From: Heteronotia binoei
Taxonomy: Eukaryota
DNA: 64,000 bases
Assembly (NCBI RefSeq): GCF_032191835.1
Contig: NC_083228.1
Location: 93,868,001 to 93,932,000 of the forward strand
Direction: 5' to 3'
Position numbers and translations under genes: made by a program. The notes beneath the pieces were generated by a model. The model searched no databases, was not told where the DNA came from, and saw only the letters and a list, made by a program, of their open reading frames with translations. Shown piece after piece: positions 14,053 through 24,078 of the stretch. Positions within the stretch are counted from its first letter, which is position 1. Each line of letters opens with the position of its first letter.

Positions 14053-14443
14053 AGGGTTGCCAGGTCCAACTCAGGAAATATCTCAAGATTTTGGGGTGAA
14101 GCCAAGAGACTTTGAGGGTGGAGCAAAATTGTAACAAGCATGACTGAACCCTGAAGGGAGTTCCGGCCATTACATTTAAAGGGACTGCAGTAGTTTTAAA
14201 TGTCTTCCCTTCACTGGAAATAATGGAGGAATGCCACCTTATTTGAAGCTCATAGAGCCCCTCAGAGCCCCAAATACCTATGGATCAATTCTTCATTATA
14301 CCCTATAGGGACTGGTCTCTGTAGAATATAATGGAGTACCCTGCAGATATTCACCCCCCCCCCCGCTATCTGCTAACCCTGAAGTGGGGGGAGGGCCTCC
14401 AAACCAATGGAACTCCTGCCCTCAACTGGGGATTGAGCAACCG
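14053..14443. mobile_element. Degenerate copy of the 9471-9979 hAT family
   Basis: Starts agggttgccaggtccaac and is homologous to 9471-9979; right TIR degenerate, no clear TSD. Confidence 0.7.
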
Positions 14444-14698
14444 ACAAAGAGCTATGTGGATAATGGAGCAGGAAAACAGGGATAAACCCTCCGCGAAAAC
14501 CAGCCTCACAACTATAAGCAAATTTTGTGTTTCATTGACAATTCTAAAAATACAAATTCATCACAAATTTTCTATAATACAAAGAAAGTGCATAAGGAAC
14601 AAAAACCCACACTCAAAGTCACTTCAAAGGCAATATTACTCCAATATTACTCAGCTGGGCATTGGCAAAAATTCCAAAGACAAAATCCTGTATGGAGA

Positions 14699-14996
14699 TG
14701 TAATGTACCAGTCTGAGAGACGCGAGTAGGGCAGCATAGTTTATTGCATGGTACAAAACACGAGGTAAGAGAGAACACGCGGGCCGGGTCCCGCATATAT
14801 ACAACTCCGGAACTATTCTTCCTGCTGGCCAGTCCAATGCTGGCCAGCCATATTTCCCGCCACTCGCTGTGATTGGCTGATGTTCCGTGCCCTCGCGGAG
14901 GCACCTGGCTGTCACAGTTGCCTCCGCGGCTTTCGCGGACTAACGCTCCTTCGATGGTGCGATATAACGAAATGGTTGCGAGTGCCATACATTACA
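14699..14996 (-). repeat. 3' LTR (298 bp)
   Basis: Identical to 19121-19420 except two transitions (14734/19156, 14983/19407) and a 2-bp AG indel. On the - strand it has a TATA-like box (14795-14802) and AATAAA (14740-14745). Confidence 0.97.
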
Positions 14997-15009
14997 CCCC
15001 TCCCCCTTT
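14997..15009 (-). promoter_or_regulatory. Polypurine tract
   Basis: The - strand reads AAAGGGGGAGGGG directly before the TG of the 3' LTR. Confidence 0.92.
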
Positions 15010-15469
15010 AGTTAGTAACATAATCCTGGAGGTAGGCGGGAGGCCGGCGCTCTCGCGTTGACCGCCGTGGGGTGGCTTGCGGAGTCCTGGTAGCCTCGGC
15101 CCCCGGAGTCTCCTCGGGAGCCGGAACATCCAGGGGCTGCGGGCTGAGTTCGGGGTTTTGGGTTGCCTCTGCTGGGGGAGGCAGAGTTGTGGATGTCGGC
15201 AGGGTTGTAGGTGGCTCCTCGGGTCTGGCCGCTTCCCTTGCTTCCGTGGGTTCCTCGGGTAGGGTCCGGCGGCGCATCTGGTCGATGTGCCGGCGTAGGA
15301 TCTGGCCACCCTCCGTGGATACTTCATAGTGGCGGGAACCCACGACCCGTAGCACCCGCCCTGCCAACCACTCGGGTCCCGACGCGTAGTTGCGGGCGAA
15401 CACTGGGTCCCCGGCAAAGAACCCCCTAGCTGCCTCGCGGACCTCTGGGGACCCTCTTGTGTCAGAGGC
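15008..15469 (-). pseudogene. Integrase C-terminal (SH3-like) segment, in frame with gag-pol but after a TGA
   Basis: After TGA (15470-15472) the same frame continues ASDTRGSPEVREAARGFFAGDPVFARNYASGPEWLAGRV...YLQDYVTN to TAA at 15008-15010, immediately before the PPT. Confidence 0.88.
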
Positions 15470-18400
15470 TCAGTCGGGGTGTAGCCTGTCCAGCCTTGTG
15501 GTGAGCTTGCGCCCCATGAGGAGTTCTGCAGGACTGACCCCCGTGACAGGGTTTGGGATGACCCTGTTGTCAAAGAGGAAGGCGGCTAGCCTATGGTCCC
15601 AATCGCCCTGCACGATCCTGCCCAGGGCCTCTTTGGTGGTGCGGACCATCCGCTCCGCCTGGCCATTGGTGGCTGGGTGAAAGGGGGCCGACCTGATGTG
15701 CCTTATGAGGTACCTCTGGAGAAAAGCCTGGAACTCTCCCGAGGTGAAGGCGGCCCCGTTGTCAGAGACCAGGGTGTCCGGGATGCCGTGGGTGCACAGG
15801 ACCCGGCGCAGGGCTCGGATGGCGGCTGCTGAGGAGGTGGACGCCACAGGGAGGACCTCTAGCCATTTTGTGTAGGCGTCCACAATTATTAGGAATATCT
15901 GCCCCTGGAACGGCCCCGCGAAGTCTATGTGGAGCCTGGACCATGGTTTCCTTGTGGTTTCCCACCGTGTGGCCGGGGCGCTGGGTGGGTCCGGCCGCGA
16001 TTCCTGGCACGCTCTGCACCTCCGGACCCAGTCCTCTATTTCCCCGTCCATTCCCGGCCACCACACATAGCTCCTGGCTAGGGCCTTCATCCTCACTATG
16101 CCCGGGTGTGTTTCATGTAGCGATTCCAGGACCCTTTTCTGAAGGGGGGGGACCACCACCCGGCTCCCCCATAGCAGGCACCCCTTGTGGGCCGCAAGTT
16201 CCTCCCGCCTCATTTTGTACGGCTTGAACTCTCCCCCCATGTCCCTTTCTGGCCACCCCCTCACCACCCAGTCGAGCACCCTTGCTAGGGTTTTGTCTTT
16301 CCCTGTGGCCTTTGCCACTTCGGCAGCGTGGATGGGCTGGTCCGGGAGCAACTCTACTGACATCACCTGGTGTGCGGGGGCCGGGTCGGGTCCCGTGTCT
16401 GGGAGCGGTAAGCGGCTGAGTGCATCAGCGTGGCCCATCGCCTTGCCCGCCCTGTGTACCAATGTGTAGGTGTATGAATTTAGGAATTGGTTCCATCTCA
16501 GCACCCTTTGGGACAAGATTTGGGGGGTTTGGCGGTCTGGGGCCAGCAGACCCAACAGCGGCTTGTGGTCGGTCGCTATAGTGAACTTGCGCCCGTACAA
16601 ATAATCGTTAAATTTGTGAACCCCCGCTACAATCGCCAGGGCTTCCTTGTCAATTTGAGCGTAATTACGCTCCGCCGACGTTAGGGTGCGGGAGTAGTAG
16701 GCGACCAGTACCTCCCGGCCGTCCGATAGTTGGTGCCCCAGGACAGCTCCCACCCCGTACGGCGATGCATCGCATGCCAGGATGACCGGAAGGCGCTCGT
16801 CGAAGTGGTGGAGCACCGCGTTGGAGACCAGGACGTCCTTCACCGCCTGGAACGCGGCGGCCTGCTTCTTCCCCCACACCCAAGGAGCTTTTTTGTCCAG
16901 TAACCGGTGTAGGGGTTCCGCAATGGCCACTTTGTGGGGTATGAAAGTGTGGTAAAAGTTGAGCACCCCCAAGAAGCTCTGTAGCTCCGCTTTACACGTG
17001 GGGGCCGGGGCTTGGACGATGGCCCTGGTTTTCTCCTCGGTCGGGTGGATTCCCTCTGCGTCCACGGCGAATCCTAGGAACTCCACCCGGGGCACCCCCA
17101 GCAAACACTTCTCCCTCTTCACCTTTAGTCCAGCGGTTTGAAAACGACGGAGCACCTCCCTGAGACGGTTGCTGAACTCCTCAGGGTCAGGGGCGCCGAT
17201 TAAAACGTCGTCGAAAAATGGCTGGACTCCTGGGATCCCTTTGAGGAGAGCGTCCATTATACTCTGGAAGATCCCAGGTGCCACGCTGACCCCAAACTGT
17301 AGCCTGTTCACCCTAAATGCCCCCCTATGGGTCACAATCGTCTGTGCCTCAGCTGTTTTGGTGTCCACTGGAAGCTGCTGGTAGGCTTGTGCCAAGTCCA
17401 GCTTCCCAAAAATCTTGGACCCCGCAAGAGCGGCCAGGACATGGCTGACTACCGGCACTGGGTAGGGGTTATCCTGGAGCACCTTGTTGATTGTGCACTT
17501 ATAGTCGGCACATATCCGCACGTCCCCATTCGGTTTGACTGGAGTCACTATGGGGGTTTCCCACATGGCGTAATCGACCGGCTCTAGGACCCCTTGTGCA
17601 ACCAGGCGGTCCAACTCAGCCTTGATTTTGGGTTTTAGGGCGAAGGGGACCCTCCTCGCCTTCAGCCGGATCGGTCTGACCGTTGCGTCCAGCGGTAGGG
17701 AGATGGCCGGGCCCTTGTAGCTACCCAGCGACCCGTCAAAAACCTCGGGGAACTCCCTGCACACCTCCCCGAACCCGCTGACTGTGGCCGTTTGTGACAC
17801 CTCTACTCTGATTCCCAAGGGATCGAACCATGTGAGGCCCAACAGGGTGGCCAGCGGTCGCTTGACTACCAGAATATCAAGCGGGCCCTTGAAGGACCCT
17901 CGCTCTACGTGTACCCTTGCCCACCCCGCGATTTGAACCGGGTTTTTCTGAAAGTCCCGCAGTACAAAATCGGCCGGCCGCAGCTGTCCTCTGTAGCCGG
18001 GGTGTAACTTCCTCAGGGTCTCCTCCGCAATTATGGAGATGGAGGAGCCCGAGTCCACCTCCATGAGGCAGGGGGCCCCCTCTATGCGGACCGACACCTT
18101 AATCTTGTTGGGGGTGGCTAGGGGCAGGTTCAGTACCTGTAGCGTGGTGGAGGCCGTGGAGTGGGACTCGGCAGCCTCGTGGTGCGTGGTTGGCCGCGGG
18201 CGGTGGGGCTTGGCTCGGCAAGCCCGCGCTATGTGACCGGTCTTCCCGCAGCTCCTGCAGTCCCAGGTCCTGTACTGGCAGTCCCGACGGTCGTGGGGGT
18301 CGCCGCAACTGGCGCATTTCGCTCTTTCGTTGTTGCGTTGGTTCGATCTTTCGTTCGTTCGGGGCCGCTGTGGGGCTCGGGAGGCGGGTCTTGAAGAGCG

Positions 18401-19003
18401 GTGCAGCTGGAGTGCTTCTCCCTCGTCCTGGTGGTGGGGGTCCAGCTCCTCGTGGTGGACGGCTTCCGACTTGGCCCTGGGGAACGTCCGGGTGGTGCGC
18501 TCGAAGGCCACGGCCTCGCTGAAGGCGCCCTGAAGGGTGAGCTCTTCCTTTGCGAAGAGCTTTTGCTGGAGCCTCTCGTCTCGGAGGCCCCAGGTGAACC
18601 GATCGGCCAGGGTCTCTTCCAAATTCGGAAAGTTGCAGCTTCCGGCGATCTGGCGCAGGGCGGCCAGGTAGTCCGCGGCTGATTGTCCCTGGGCCTGGTC
18701 CCTCTTGTGGAAGAGGAACCTGCGGGCCACCCGTGACGGCTGCGGCAGGAAGTGGCCCGTGAGGAGGCGGACGACCTCCGCGTACGTTTTCTCCGTGAGG
18801 CGAGCGGGTGCCGAGAGACCCTTTGCGATCTCAAAAGTGGCGGCCCCGCAGACGCTCAGGAGAACGTCCCGCTTCATGCTGTCCTCGGTTACTCGATTCG
18901 CCCTCAGGTAGCAATCGACTCTTTCCGAATAGGACTCCCATCCCCCGGGGTTCGTGTGGTCCAAAGCTTCCATGTAACCGGTGTTCCCGCTGGGCCTGGC
19001 CAT
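15470..19003 (-). CDS. Gag-Pol polyprotein (gag with two Cys/His knuckles, protease, RT, RNase H, integrase core), 1177 aa
   Basis: Strong Kozak context gccgccATGG. Knuckles CASCGDPHDRRDC and CRSCGKTGHIARAC; protease VDSG; RT LDLAQAY and FFDD; RNase H DASPYG, TDHKPL, HADALSR; integrase HHCC plus DFAG, SDNG and GQAER. Confidence 0.95.
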   Translation of the reverse strand: MARPSGNTGYMEALDHTNPGGWESYSERVDCYLRANRVTEDSMKRDVLLSVCGAATFEIAKGLSAPARLTEKTYAEVVRLLTGHFLPQPSRVARRFLFHKRDQAQGQSAADYLAALRQIAGSCNFPNLEETLADRFTWGLRDERLQQKLFAKEELTLQGAFSEAVAFERTTRTFPRAKSEAVHHEELDPHHQDEGEALQLHRSSRPASRAPQRPRTNERSNQRNNERAKCASCGDPHDRRDCQYRTWDCRSCGKTGHIARACRAKPHRPRPTTHHEAAESHSTASTTLQVLNLPLATPNKIKVSVRIEGAPCLMEVDSGSSISIIAEETLRKLHPGYRGQLRPADFVLRDFQKNPVQIAGWARVHVERGSFKGPLDILVVKRPLATLLGLTWFDPLGIRVEVSQTATVSGFGEVCREFPEVFDGSLGSYKGPAISLPLDATVRPIRLKARRVPFALKPKIKAELDRLVAQGVLEPVDYAMWETPIVTPVKPNGDVRICADYKCTINKVLQDNPYPVPVVSHVLAALAGSKIFGKLDLAQAYQQLPVDTKTAEAQTIVTHRGAFRVNRLQFGVSVAPGIFQSIMDALLKGIPGVQPFFDDVLIGAPDPEEFSNRLREVLRRFQTAGLKVKREKCLLGVPRVEFLGFAVDAEGIHPTEEKTRAIVQAPAPTCKAELQSFLGVLNFYHTFIPHKVAIAEPLHRLLDKKAPWVWGKKQAAAFQAVKDVLVSNAVLHHFDERLPVILACDASPYGVGAVLGHQLSDGREVLVAYYSRTLTSAERNYAQIDKEALAIVAGVHKFNDYLYGRKFTIATDHKPLLGLLAPDRQTPQILSQRVLRWNQFLNSYTYTLVHRAGKAMGHADALSRLPLPDTGPDPAPAHQVMSVELLPDQPIHAAEVAKATGKDKTLARVLDWVVRGWPERDMGGEFKPYKMRREELAAHKGCLLWGSRVVVPPLQKRVLESLHETHPGIVRMKALARSYVWWPGMDGEIEDWVRRCRACQESRPDPPSAPATRWETTRKPWSRLHIDFAGPFQGQIFLIIVDAYTKWLEVLPVASTSSAAAIRALRRVLCTHGIPDTLVSDNGAAFTSGEFQAFLQRYLIRHIRSAPFHPATNGQAERMVRTTKEALGRIVQGDWDHRLAAFLFDNRVIPNPVTGVSPAELLMGRKLTTRLDRLHPD

Positions 19004-19101
19004 GGCGGCGGTCGTTGCGAAGTAGCGATTCAGCGATGAAGCGATGGGACGATGAGTTGCCCGTGAGTCTCCTTCGTATCCCGCTTGTCCGAAGGGCTAA
19101 G

Positions 19102-19119
19102 ATCCCACCTTCGTCGCCA
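19102..19119 (-). promoter_or_regulatory. Primer binding site, likely tRNA-Ser(GCU)
   Basis: The - strand reads TGGCGACGAAGGTGGGAT, 1 nt inside the 5' LTR. The + strand ATCCCACCTTCGTCGCCA matches the recalled 3' end of vertebrate tRNA-Ser(GCU) plus CCA. Confidence 0.8.
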
Positions 19120-19120
19120 C

Positions 19121-19420
19121 TGTAATGTACCAGTCTGAGAGACGCGAGTAGGGCAACATAGTTTATTGCATGGTACAAAACACGAGGTAAGAGAGAGAAC
19201 ACGCGGGCCGGGTCCCGCATATATACAACTCCGGAACTATTCTTCCTGCTGGCCAGTCCAATGCTGGCCAGCCATATTTCCCGCCACTCGCTGTGATTGG
19301 CTGATGTTCCGTGCCCTCGCGGAGGCACCTGGCTGTCACAGTTGCCTCCGCGGCTTTCGCGGACTAACGCTCCTTCGATGGTGCGATATAACGAAATGGT
19401 TGCGAGCGCCATACATTACA
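19121..19420 (-). repeat. 5' LTR (300 bp)
   Basis: Direct repeat of 14699-14996, immediately followed on the - strand by the PBS. Confidence 0.97.
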
Positions 19421-19590
19421 GGAGATCCACGCTCTGGAGAACTGTAATCCAATAAGGCAGTTTTTCGAGGAGACCTACGTTCCATAAAATTCTTCCTCTG
19501 TACAGCACGGCACAGACAGTAGAACACAACATGGCAGTACTTTATCCAGCGTTTTGCTTTCGCTTCTACGAGCTTTCAAGAAAAATTACA

Positions 19591-19664
19591 GCTGATGCTT
19601 GCAGTAATTTCTGGTAGGTATGGTAAATCTACCATACCTACCAGAAATTACTGCAAGCATCAGC
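19591..19664. repeat. Perfect 35-bp inverted repeat with a 4-nt loop
   Basis: gctgatgcttgcagtaatttctggtaggtatggta-aatc-taccatacctaccagaaattactgcaagcatcagc. Confidence 0.97.
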
Positions 19665-20458
19665 ATTTGAATGTGACTGGTCTGGCACAAGCACAGTGAG
19701 GCTACCACTGCCCAGCCAAGTCAGTCCGTGGGGCAGCCACCTGGTGGTTACTGTAGCTGAGAGAACCATTTCAATGTTCAGGGCTGACCAGTTACAGGCC
19801 CATTCATCAAGGCCATTGGCTCCTTTCTCTTGCTCACTGACTTAGCTCCACTGGCCAGAATGTGTAGTGGAGAAGAGTTCACACCTTCACCTTTGCTAAC
19901 CTGGCCCCCAAGCATGGGAGCTGCCTCAGTGTAGCAGCTACTCCAAGAGGCTCCAAGAGGTTGAGTGCTACTGGAGTGTATTTATTGTATTTTTCATGTT
20001 TTAATTGTTTTAATTTTGTGACATCAGAAGTGACATCACACCCCAGCTGTTCTTTCAGTGCACCCCACTGAAAATTTCCTTGCTATATGCCTTGCACAAG
20101 GTTTCATTCTCCTCTCATGTACATTTATGATTTGCCTGAAAAGAGACCTTCCCCCCTCTTACTTCACACTGAAAAGGGAGGGATTGCCTGTCTTGTAGAC
20201 CAATCAAGGCTAGTAGTATTATTTCAGTGAAAAGCTACTACTTTCTTATGAGATTAACATAATTATTTCAGATACTGAATCAGTAGTTCTCTTCTAAAGA
20301 GAGATAGTTTGATCTTTTCTAATCATTGACCTCTTATATTTTATCTGGTTTGGAGTATATGTATTTACCTATATCACACACATCTGTGTATCAACAGGAC
20401 TTTGCAAGCATCAGCAAAGGAATATAAATGTATTTGAAGGCCTTAGTGCAAATATGGG

Positions 20459-20948
20459 TAGGGTTGCCAATCCCCAGGTGGGGGCAGATGATCCTCTGGT
20501 TTGGAGGCCCTCCCTCCACTTCAGTGTCATCAGAAAGTGGAGAGGGGACACTCCATTATTCCCTATTGAGACCAATTCCCACAGGGTATAATAGAGAATT
20601 GATTTGTGGGTATCTGGGGCTCTGGGGGGGGCTGTTTTTTGAGTTAGAGGCACCACATTTTCAGCATATCATCTAGTGCCTCTCTCCAAAATACCCTCCA
20701 AGTTTCAAAATGATTGGAATAGGGGGTCCAATTCTGTGAGCCCCAAAAGAACGTGTCCCTATCCTTCATTATTTCCAATGGAGGGAAGGTATTTAAAAGG
20801 TGTGTGCTCCCTTTGAACATGATGACCAGAACTCCCTTTGGAGTTCAATTATGCTTGTCACAACCTTGCTCCAGGCTCCACCCCCAAAGTCTCTTGGCTC
20901 CATCTTCATAGCCCCCAGATATTTCTTGAATTGGGCTTGGAAACCTTA
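20459..20948. mobile_element. hAT-type non-autonomous transposon, same family as 9471-9979 in opposite orientation
   Basis: TIRs tagggttgcca / tggaaacctta; 8-bp TSD AATATGGG. Confidence 0.9.
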
Positions 20949-22463
20949 AATATGGGCCATATTTGAATCTGAAAATTAATCCGTGTACTTTTCTGTGATC
21001 AGTTAGAGTAAAGCTGGGTATGCTTTTATGGTTTCCTGGACAATTTTATATTCTAATAGCAAAAATGGCCAATCTTTGGATCTGGTTATTGGACCTGTGA
21101 TAGGCAAGATAGATCTTTCTACAAACCTGAAAAAGGCTCCAGGTTTGCAGGAAAATGTGAATTATTATTATTATTATTTTAAACCCAAAACCCAACACAC
21201 AAAACATTGGGGAGTTTTTAAAAGCTGAAAACAATAAAATGAGCTCTTGTATCTTTAAGCACAGATTCTCTCTGGCTGTTTGATTGTTCCTCTCATTAGT
21301 GACAGGCTTGACTATGGTTGCCAGTTTCAGATTGGGAAGTTTTTGGAGATTTTGGAATGGAGACTGAGGAGGGCAAGATTTGGAGAGGGAAGAGGCCTCA
21401 GCTAGATATAATCCCTTAGAGTTACCTTCCAAATAAGCCATTTTCTTCAGATGGACAGATCTCTGTCATCTAGAATTCAGTTGTAATTCTGAGAGATCGC
21501 CAGGTCTCACCTGGAGTTTGGCAACTCTAGCCCTGGCAGCTACCACTGATTGACTTGATACCACCTGACTTGCATGACTCATCTAGGCCAGGCTGCTTCT
21601 AGTGTTCAATAGCAGTCACCCTATAAAAGCCAGTGTGGTGTAGTGGTTAGTGCTTCAGAGTACGGTCTGGGGGACTGTTGGATGAGAAGAAGATACAGCT
21701 GCCAGCTCCAGGTTAGGAAATTCCTAGAGATTAGGGATGGAACCTGAGGAGTGGAGAGACATTATGTCAGGAGTATCTGCCATCCTGTTCTTGAAACTTA
21801 TTGTATTTCTGATGTCTGTTATAGGGGGATGCTATTTGGAATGGGATGGGAACGTTTTACTTTTGCTTTGCAGCTAACAGAATCTGTATAACCTGTGTAA
21901 CCCACGCTCACTCAGTTATCATGTTACTGAGGCAACCGACTCTAGGCCCTGACTGGATACCTTCCTAATTGTCTTGACCTTGGACTGGACAGAGAACACA
22001 CTCACTGTTATGATATTTGGTTGGAATAAGTTTGAATGTCTTGAAGGTGGGAGGGAAAGGTGCTAGGATTTACTTGCGCAAATGGTCTATATCTACCTTA
22101 TTGTAACCATTAGCCTCACATTCCTAGCAAGGTTGCTCACACATAGATTGGCTCTTGCTTTTTTCAGTGTTAATAAACTTTATAGTTTCATCAGAGAAGT
22201 TTGTTTGACTGATACCTGGCTGATTCTTACACATCGGAGGGGTATAACTCCACAGACTTCATCCTCCAAAGCAGCCATTTTCCCTGACCCACACCACCAC
22301 TCCCACCCTCAGCATTGCTGCCTCAGGACAGTTAGCAGTGGGGGTTCTTTTGAGTGCAGAGAGTTTTGTTTTGGGGGAGAGATTACCCCCTCTCTATTTT
22401 GGGTAAGATTTTAGATTTTTGTACAAACCTGGGGATGCCCAGGTTTAAGCATTATGCACACTT

Positions 22464-23217
22464 GGTCCGGCCCTTACCCAGCCGAACCTGCCTGCAGTAA
22501 TTGAGGCTGGGGGCCGTCTTTGCCCCTCCCGGAAGGAGGGAGGAGCAGCATCACCCGATATATGGGTGTTTTGCTGGGGCGGGGAATCGGGGCTTTATAA
22601 GCCTCGGTTCCCACCCTCCAATCTACGCAGTTTTGTTTGGCTCTCTGCCCACCCACCCTCCCTTTGGCAGTACAGGCGTTTGCTGGTCGCCTTTTTGGGG
22701 GCCAGGTAGGAATTTTTTCGCTTCCACACAATTGGCTTCAGTGGGAGTGTTTTTCGCCTACCTTGTACTGCCTTGTAGGTTAGGATTTGTTAGCGGTAGT
22801 TGTTTTGGTCGCAGGCTAGAGGAGGTTGGCCACAGGGTTTTCCAGGGGAGCACCTATGGCCTAGCACCGTTGGTGCGGTGGTCTGTATGAACCGTAGATG
22901 GGCTACACGGCTCAGTGCGGGGATTGCAGATCACAGGGAGCCTCACCTGGGTGGATCTTTCCACGGGGATTGATGCCGGCTCGGATGGTGGTGGCTCGAG
23001 GCCTGGCCGCTCAGCTACAACCCGAATTTGGCGGGCTTGTGCTGGGGACAGGGTGGCTCGCCCTTTGGACAAGGCGGGGTCCGGGGTTGACCCCAGGGCT
23101 TGTCTGGTCAGGTTTTCACCCCTCCTGCCAGTTACAGTTATTTAATGTTTTAATAAAGCGGCCCGGTTTTAAACCCAACACTTGTGTCTGCTTCTTCATT
23201 CCGACTGGGGGGGCAAA
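22464..23217 (+). mobile_element. Unclassified ~750-bp LTR-like repeat, copy 1 (candidate solo remnant of a Ngaro/DIRS element)
   Basis: Reverse-complement homolog of 40935-41675 over its full length. TATA-like box about 130 nt in, AATAAA near the 3' end. Ends are GGTCC...GGGCAA. No TSD. Confidence 0.7.
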
Positions 23218-23907
23218 GTGGAAAGCCACCATGGTAGAAGATGTCATTAACCTCATGTAGAGGCATGCATCAGCCCTCATTAACTATAGAATGAAGTTTC
23301 TGCAACACAGATTCCCATTTTTACAAAATATGTCATGAAACAGACAGTTAAAGTCAATTTTCCAGCCACTTGATGGCCAGTGGACCATTGAATTAAATAG
23401 AAAATCTGCATACTCTTTCTTCTGTGACAAGATAGTTGTTACCCTCTGTGATGAATAAGTGAATTTAAACTTCAGGTTTTACAATCAAAGAGTACTTTGG
23501 GTTGCTATTCATGGTCATGCAGTTGATAGGCCAACAGTGTAGGATCTATTCTGATTCTTTATGGGCCATAAAATAACTGAATTATTTGCACTGACATGTA
23601 CTGTCCAGCTCAGTTGGTGTCAATGCACATACACAATGGAACAACAAAATTACCCTTCTGTGAATTGGCTTACAAGGTTAAATGTATGTGCTGTATTTCC
23701 AAAATAGTTTTGAGGGCCTTTATTGTGTTGTGATACAAATTACAGTTGCCTCAATATTTTATACTCTTATCTGTCTTGTGTTGTAGGCAACACATACATA
23801 AAAAATGTTCAACAACTGTTCCTTTAGAAAATCGGTACCTTTACAGTACATCACATAATATAAATTGTTTTTCACCTTTGGGTTATCTTTCTTTTCTCTT
23901 TCCATAG

Positions 23908-24078
23908 TCCACAAGCCAGTTATGTTAGAGGAAATGCACCACAATTTGGATTTTTGTGACATTTTGGTAGTTGGGGCAGAACTGGACCCCAAGCAGGAAT
24001 GTTTGGAATTGGATCGGAAGGAACTTGAAGGGAAACACTTAGATGCTACAAACTCTACAGCAGGGTATTCAATATATG
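23908..24078 (+). CDS. CLSTN2: Calsyntenin-2 coding exon
   Basis: Acceptor cttttctctttccatag, donor G|gtatat. Encodes (V)HKPVMLEEMHHNLDFCDILVVGAELDPKQECLELDRKELEGKHLDATNSTAGYSIY. 171 nt, phase 1 to 1. Confidence 0.95.

Larger units (their letters stand above)
14699..19420 (-). mobile_element. Full-length, recent Ty3/Gypsy LTR retrotransposon (Mag-like, K02A2.6-like), antisense in a CLSTN2 intron
   Basis: Two LTRs (14699-14996, 19121-19420) with TG..CA ends and 9-bp terminal inverted repeats TGTAATGTA/TACATTACA. 5-bp TSD GGAGA at 14694-14698 and 19421-19425. PBS and PPT present. Domain order gag-PR-RT-RH-IN, no env. Confidence 0.97.

Noticed and set aside
14992-19412. Many overlapping 60-200-aa ORFs on both strands in the Gypsy element, including a possible env or antisense gene
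   Set aside because: They are by-products of a GC-rich coding strand and the LTR duplication. None has a signal peptide, transmembrane segment or recognisable motif, and there is no room for env between the integrase stop and the PPT.
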